Program-made: the position numbers and the translations under genes | The notes under the pieces: generated by a model | The model's input: only the letters and a program-made list of their open reading frames with translations | Told to the model about the DNA's origin: nothing | Database searches by the model: none | Assembly (NCBI GenBank): GCA_010405405.1 | Contig: MU004230.1 | Location: 3,630,627-3,688,741, forward strand | Reading direction: 5' to 3' | Length of the DNA stretch: 58,115 nucleotides | Origin: Microthyrium microscopicum | Taxonomy: Eukaryota | Shown here: piece by piece, positions 51,573-58,115 of the stretch | Numbering within the stretch: position 1 is the first letter of the stretch | How the letters are laid out: every line of letters begins with the position of its first letter

Positions 51573-52799
51573 GATGGCTGGACCTGTAGAAGAGCGAGAG
51601 TGATTGAATAGACAATAAATAGTTAAGAATGAAATGAAAGAATGAAGAAGCGAGAAATGATTAGGATGTCAACCAGAATGGAATGATTCTTCTTGCAACG
51701 GCAGACATGATGATTGATTTATACCAAAGAGTATAGCCGCTGACAAGGCAGGGTCGATGTCTCAATTGACCCTACATTCCAGCCTCCGAAGCGTAATAAG
51801 ACAGTGAATACGATGGATCCACGAGGTTTACCATGACTCTGGGAATCTCATGCATCCGACCACCAGACGACGTGAACAGTGACGAGTTGTGTACGAATGA
51901 GGCGGACAGCCACAGTCATGAGAATACCATCTTCGAAGATCATCCGAGAGCGGACATGGTGAGGTAAAACAGCAAGCCACGTCTAATTTTGTTGATTGAT
52001 ATCCCGGGGGTTCTACCAGGCTACCTGGATAGGACTCGCAGCCAGAAATTTGGTACTAATGTATCTTTTGAAGATCAAGGCTATACGCATCTATAGCGGT
52101 TAGTTCTCTTAGAGGTATTGAAACACTGAAAGCGCGATGTCACTAAATTTATAGAAGGTGCATTATAATGCCCATACAGACATCATGCTTCAGTGGATTG
52201 CTCGAAGTGATAGTAATATGCTACCAGGAACCAAAAGGCCTAGTTTCCTGGAAAGCCACTGTAGCATTGCTTGAACCAGGTATAGGAGCATTCTCCTTTC
52301 GACTGCGATTACATAGCAGTAAAGATGCGGCTAAAACTCAAGATTAGCAGTGGCGCTTGTTTAATAACTGACTGATCTACATTTCTCGAAATGTTTAACG
52401 CCTCGGGCTTATACATTGGCCGAAACTACGTGTACTCATTGGCAGCAAATCGCCTGTTGAAATGTTTTGAGACAAACACCAGTCATCTTGGCAGACCACG
52501 AGGAGTGAAATTGGCCAGAATCCAGGATTCCAGTCAAGGATTACAGGGAGCTGTTCTTTCCAACGTCCATGGCCTGGGGTGATGGGATCCAGAAACGGAT
52601 TGAGGACAAGGTGAAGGCATGTTGTTCAAGGTTGATGGGTCGCGTGTTCCTAGAGGGTGGTCGTTCGCGTGCTATTGTGTGGCGTTATTCTTGTCATTTC
52701 ATTCGCTAACGAGCTTAAGGGGCAGTTGTTGTTTGGCGAAATTTATCTCAGTGGACTCAGACTCTCTACGGGAAGAAGTCAAACGTTTGTCAAACGTTG

Positions 52800-55700
52800 A
52801 CTAACCCTATTAGGTTAGTTAACTTTTAAAAACGTTTAACCCTCTAAACCTACTAATTATACTATACTAACCTAATTCTTCCTTAAGAGTCTAAGAGGGA
52901 CTTATATATTATATACTATATCTATCTTAGCTTATTCTTAGTTTTATTTATATCTTTAATACGCAAGATCTCTCTTATTATATTTAATTTTATTATCTAA
53001 TTAGTATTTATTACTTTTTAATTACCTATACTACTTACTACTTATTTTTTAATAGTCTTTTTAGCTATTAGTAATATAGTATATTATTATAAAGATTAAC
53101 TTAACTACGCGCCTTATCTACTTACTTATATATTTTATTATAACTATCCTTATAATAATAAATTAGTTATCTTATTCTTTTAACTATACTCTTTCTTCTA
53201 GCTACTTTATATACCCTTTCTTATATAGTATCTACTAATATACTACCTAATAGTACTATATTATTTACTTTAGTACCTACCTCTACTATATTATTAGTTA
53301 TAAATTCTAATCTACTTACTCTTAGTATTTATAATATATTTATAACTAATAAGATACTATATAAGTTTATTTAGTTTATATTAGTTAAAAACGTTTCTTT
53401 TTTATAGTTAATTTATATATTTATTAATTATACTATATATATTAGCAAAATTATTTATATAGAGAATTTACATCTTTATATAGTATAGCTTTAGTATATT
53501 ATACTTATATATACTATAAAGATATTATCTACTTTATTAGCTAAGTATCCTAAGAAAGATTAACTTATTTCTTTTCTTATATTTAAATCTACTCTTAAGT
53601 AAGAGCTCTTCTTTCTTTTAAAAAGGTCTATTTAGTTTAGTAAATTCTCTATAGATATTATTATTAAGGATCTTACTTTCTCTTCTACTATAACTAATAT
53701 AGAAATATATACTTCCTAGTAGATAGTATTCCTTCTTAGGTTAATATGTAATTAGTAATATAATTAGCTAGCTAAAGAAAATACTTTTTATAATGAGATA
53801 ACTACTAAATAAGCTATCTATTATATAATAGTTATAGTTTACTACTTTTAATAGTAATAATAGTTAAATTTTCTTTCTAAAACTCTAAGTATATATCTTT
53901 ATATAACTAGTATAAAGAGATAATTAATAGAATTATTAAATAGAATAGGTATTACGTATAGTTATATTATATCTCTAGATATATTAAATACTATCTTAAA
54001 AGAAGCTAAGGTATATTATTAAAACGTTCCCTTTATCTTATATTTATATATAGCTATTATAAATATTAATATTTAATTATTAGTTACTTTAAAAATATAT
54101 AATTATTTGCTACTACTCTTTAAAACGTTTAAAACATTTAAAACGTTTAACATAATACTAACTCTTTAAATAGTATAAATATTTTAAGAGACTTAAACGT
54201 TTTAAATAATCTTAAATGTTTTAAATAAGTCGTTAAGAAATATTATATAAACTTTATTTCTTACTTTTAAGATATATTATATACTTTCCTTCTTAGTATT
54301 TATTTAGTATTAGCTAATTATATTTTATATCTAGTTATATATATTAATCTTTTTTTAAGCTTTCTTAAAAAGTATAGCTTAAGAAGATAGTAGTTAAGCT
54401 ATAACTTTTAATAACTATAATATATAAAATACTAAGCGTGATAAGGTTAATAATAATATAACTAAATAGCTAAATTTTATAGTAGTAATTCTTATTAAGT
54501 ATTCTTCTATTTCTTAAGAAGGCTTCCTTAAAACTAATTTTAATCCTATTATTCTATTAGATATTAAAACTATATTTAACTTACTTTTTATTTTAAGAAT
54601 TAATATAGATACCTATAAATCTAAATAGTATAGTCTAGTTCTATAATTAGTATTTTTATATAAGTAGCTTTTAGAATAGTATCTAAACCTTTAAAAGAAT
54701 ATATTTAAGGATAATAAGAATAGAGTCTTTACTTAGTTTTTTATAGATATTATCCCTCTAACTACTATTAAATATTTCTAACTTAGTGCTATATATAATA
54801 ATCTTAGTACTAAGGCTAGTACGTATTAGGTATTTTATTAGATATTTTATAACTAATTAGGATTAAAATTATATACTTCTCCTATACTTAATACTAGTAA
54901 GATATTTAACTATTATATTAATACTATATATATAAAAACTAATAAGGATAGACTACCTTTATACCTAATAGTACCTTAGAATATAAGTTATAAAGAGGAG
55001 AATAATTTTTAAACTTATTTATTTCTAGTTTATAGAGATTAGTTATTACTATTAAATAGTTATATTATAAAGACTAAGTAGGTTAAAGCCTATCTATTAT
55101 TTAATTATAAAGATTTTATTCTACTATATCTTAAAAATTAGTATATAGAGTTTAACTATTAATAAGTATTAATATATATATATTTAAGTACTATAAGTAA
55201 TATTTCTTATTTTAATAGAGTTTATATATTAGGTATAAATACTAGTTTCTAAGGACGTTTAATCTCTTTATAAGCTAACCTAAAGTTTAATAAAGTAGGG
55301 CTACTATTACTTTATAGGTTTAGGTTATATATAGAGTCTATCTTTCTATATATTCTTTCTAAAAATAAGTTTTATAAGAGTATTAATAATAACCTAGGGT
55401 TTTATACTAACTAAATTAAGATTAATAATATTATTAATTATCTAACTTTTAATAAGTATATTAGTATTCTTAAGTAAATATAAGATAAGACTTTATCTAA
55501 AGAAGCTTAAAATAGAGGTATATCTTTTATTAGTAACTATAAAGACCTTAACTTTTAAATGTAGTATTAATATCTCTAGGAAGTTTTGCTCTTTCTTTAT
55601 TATAAATAAGTAATTAAAATAAGTAATATTAGTCTATTCTAGTTATTACTTTTATATATAACTATCTTCTTTACTAAGGTAGGCTAATATAAATATATAT

Positions 55701-58115
55701 ATTTTCTATTATACTAGTAATAGTTATTATTACTTAGAGTATATATGCTATAACTTTATAAAGCTATTCTATATTTTACTTTTATTAATTAGAAAGGTAA
55801 TAAAAAGTTATTTAAGATGTNNNNNNNNNNNNNNNNNNNNNNNNNNNNNNNNNNNNNNNNNNNNNNNNNNAGTAATTAATCTAAATAAGAATAAATATAC
55901 TAAGCCTTAGGAGCTTACTATTAGCGCTAGATAGCTATATTTATTACTTAATATCTTTACCTAGTCTAAAGAGAAGCTTTAGGTATTTATTAATAAGTTT
56001 AATAATATCTTTATACTCTCTTTATAGGCTAAAGAGAGTAGGTTTAGACTTCCTAGTAAGAATAATATAGTTAATAATAATATTCCTAGTTTAGATTTTC
56101 TAATATTACGTATAGAGTAACTAGATCTAGATAATAATAATCTTAATACTATAACTAGACCTAATATTAGTAGATTAAATAACTAGATTCTATTTAATCT
56201 TTATATAGAAGAAAATATTAATATAGATAATAATAATAGATTACTTATTAACGTCTATTTTAATAAGTATAATAATAATAGTTTTAAACTTATTAAAGAT
56301 AACCTTAATTATAAGACACTAGAAATTCTTAAGTTTTCTACTCTTAATTTAATAGAAGTATAATATAGAATAATCTAATATCTAGATCCTTTTATAGTAG
56401 TATTATATCTATAGTCTAAATTATATTAGTACTTATAGTAAGGTACGTTTTAGAATATAGTTAGTTAAGACCTATAATAAGATATTAAAGAGGATTAAAA
56501 TTAATATAATACTTTATATATTAGCTCCTTATATTATAATATTTTATAAAACTCCTATAAGTTCTAGTTACTACTATAGTAATTATACTTATATAGTTAT
56601 TTATAAATAACTATCTATTAGCCTTTATTAATATAAGCTAGTTATAGTTTAAAAGTTAATTACTTTAAACTATATACTACTTATATCTTTCTATACTATA
56701 GCGTAGTATTTTTTTTAAGTAGTATAAACTAGTATAAATATTACCTTAGTTATAATTCTTCTACTTACTAATAGTTAGATTAACTTATTAGTTATATACT
56801 AACTATTATTCTTTATCTATATACGCGTAAAGTAGCTATAGATAAGAAATAGTATATAAGTACTTTTACTAAATATATTAGATAATTAGAGCTAATTTAA
56901 TAATATTAAGATACTTTATTTAGTTAAACTATATATATTAAAATATAGATACTTTATTTTAGCTAATATATAGTTTATCCTAGTTTATTTATATATAGAG
57001 AATACCCCTAAGTATTTTATCTATAAACTAAATAGTATAGAAAGATACTTCTTAGACTTTATAATAATTTACTTCTTATTTCTTATTCTTTTTATCCTAA
57101 ACGTTATTACTAAAAACCTTCTTAGTTTTAAGATAATAAAGATATAACTTAAAGGTAGCTAGATAATATTATAATAACTTAATAATATGTATTAAGTCTA
57201 ATATTCTAAACTACCTAGTTATTAAAGTAGTTCCTAATAGCGTAGTATATAGTAAGCTACTCTATTTATTAAGGCTAGTTTTATAGAATTAATTAGCTAA
57301 GTATTAATACTATTAAGATAAATAAAGTATATAGAAAAGTATTTTTTATTCTCCTATTTACTATTACTAATCTATTATTTTTACTAAGTAAATAAACTAG
57401 TTTTAGTACCTAGATAATAAAGCGTCTTTAAGAACTAGTCTTTATTATACTCTTATATAATATTAAACTTATAATATAGGTAAAAACCTTTATACTATTT
57501 ATAGTATAAGACTTAAAATTTATTAACTAAGATCTTAAGAATAAAGTTAGAGTTTATTAGCTTAGAAAGAAACTAGTACTCTTTATAGCTACTATATAAA
57601 GCTAGCTTATTAAATAGCTTTAAGTCTTAAATAATTATGTCTTTACTAAGTAATAATTAAGTCTTACTAGTTTCTTTAGTTGTATTTTAATACTATAATA
57701 AAGCTATTATCTTTAATTAATATAGTGCTTTTAGTTACTTAAGTATCTCTTTATAATCTACTATATAACTAAAAGATCCTAGTTTTATTAAACGTATAGT
57801 AAATAAGAGTTTAAGTTTAGTATATTTAAAATTCTTAATATTAGATAACTAGCCTTAATTAATTTAACTAGGACTATTTTAGCTTATTTATAAACTTATA
57901 CTTAAGGTAGCTAATAATAAGCCTATTCTACTAGGAGCCTATGTTTAAAGTACTTAATAATAAGCCTATAGTAAACTATATATTATTCTTAGAAGTATAA
58001 GGTTTCTATTATTAATTTAGAAGATATTAGTTAGTTAGTATTAGCTAGCTTTTAGTATATTTATAGTTTTTAAAGTTAGTTAAGATTATCTTAAGGAATA
58101 TATTTATAACTATTT
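52800..58115. mobile_element. AT-rich, RIP-degraded repeat block (N gap 55821-55870)
   Basis: Extreme AT content, TpA excess, CpA/TpG depletion, no ORFs; abrupt boundary near 52800. Confidence 0.85.

Noticed and set aside
52801..52818. Telomere-like CTAACCC
   Set aside because: Single unit inside a palindrome; no TTAGGG array.

Overview
Fungal (filamentous ascomycete, Pezizomycotina-like) genomic window. A gene-dense island of normal GC content (~1.2-52.8 kb) lies between two very AT-rich, RIP-degraded repeat blocks. It holds about 20 intron-containing genes: SH3 protein Pin3/Lsb1, Rrp4, a small Cys-rich secreted protein, ribosomal P0, OPA3-like, GH114 hydrolase, a Ser/Thr-rich single-pass membrane protein, a WrbA/Pst2 quinone reductase, a DUF3712-like membrane protein, a G-patch protein, an APH-family phosphotransferase, a CLIP-170/Bik1-like protein, MRPL22, a PhyH dioxygenase, a secreted R/D/N-rich protein with two 6-Cys domains, an arrestin-like protein, ILV5, an STL1-like sugar porter, an annexin-like protein, a hypothetical membrane protein and a laccase. 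Three observations stand out. (1) The quinone reductase stop is TGA-CTAG, followed by an open 48-codon extension ending in a CaaX box (CSIM), which suggests readthrough-controlled prenylation. (2) All six introns of the DUF3712-like gene are unusually long, and five carry 19-bp-period arrays of one dyad motif. (3) About 5 kb from the source exons lies an inverted, synonymously diverged, tandemly amplified fragment of the same gene that begins with a fold-back hairpin. All gene models and family calls were made by eye; no database searches were run.
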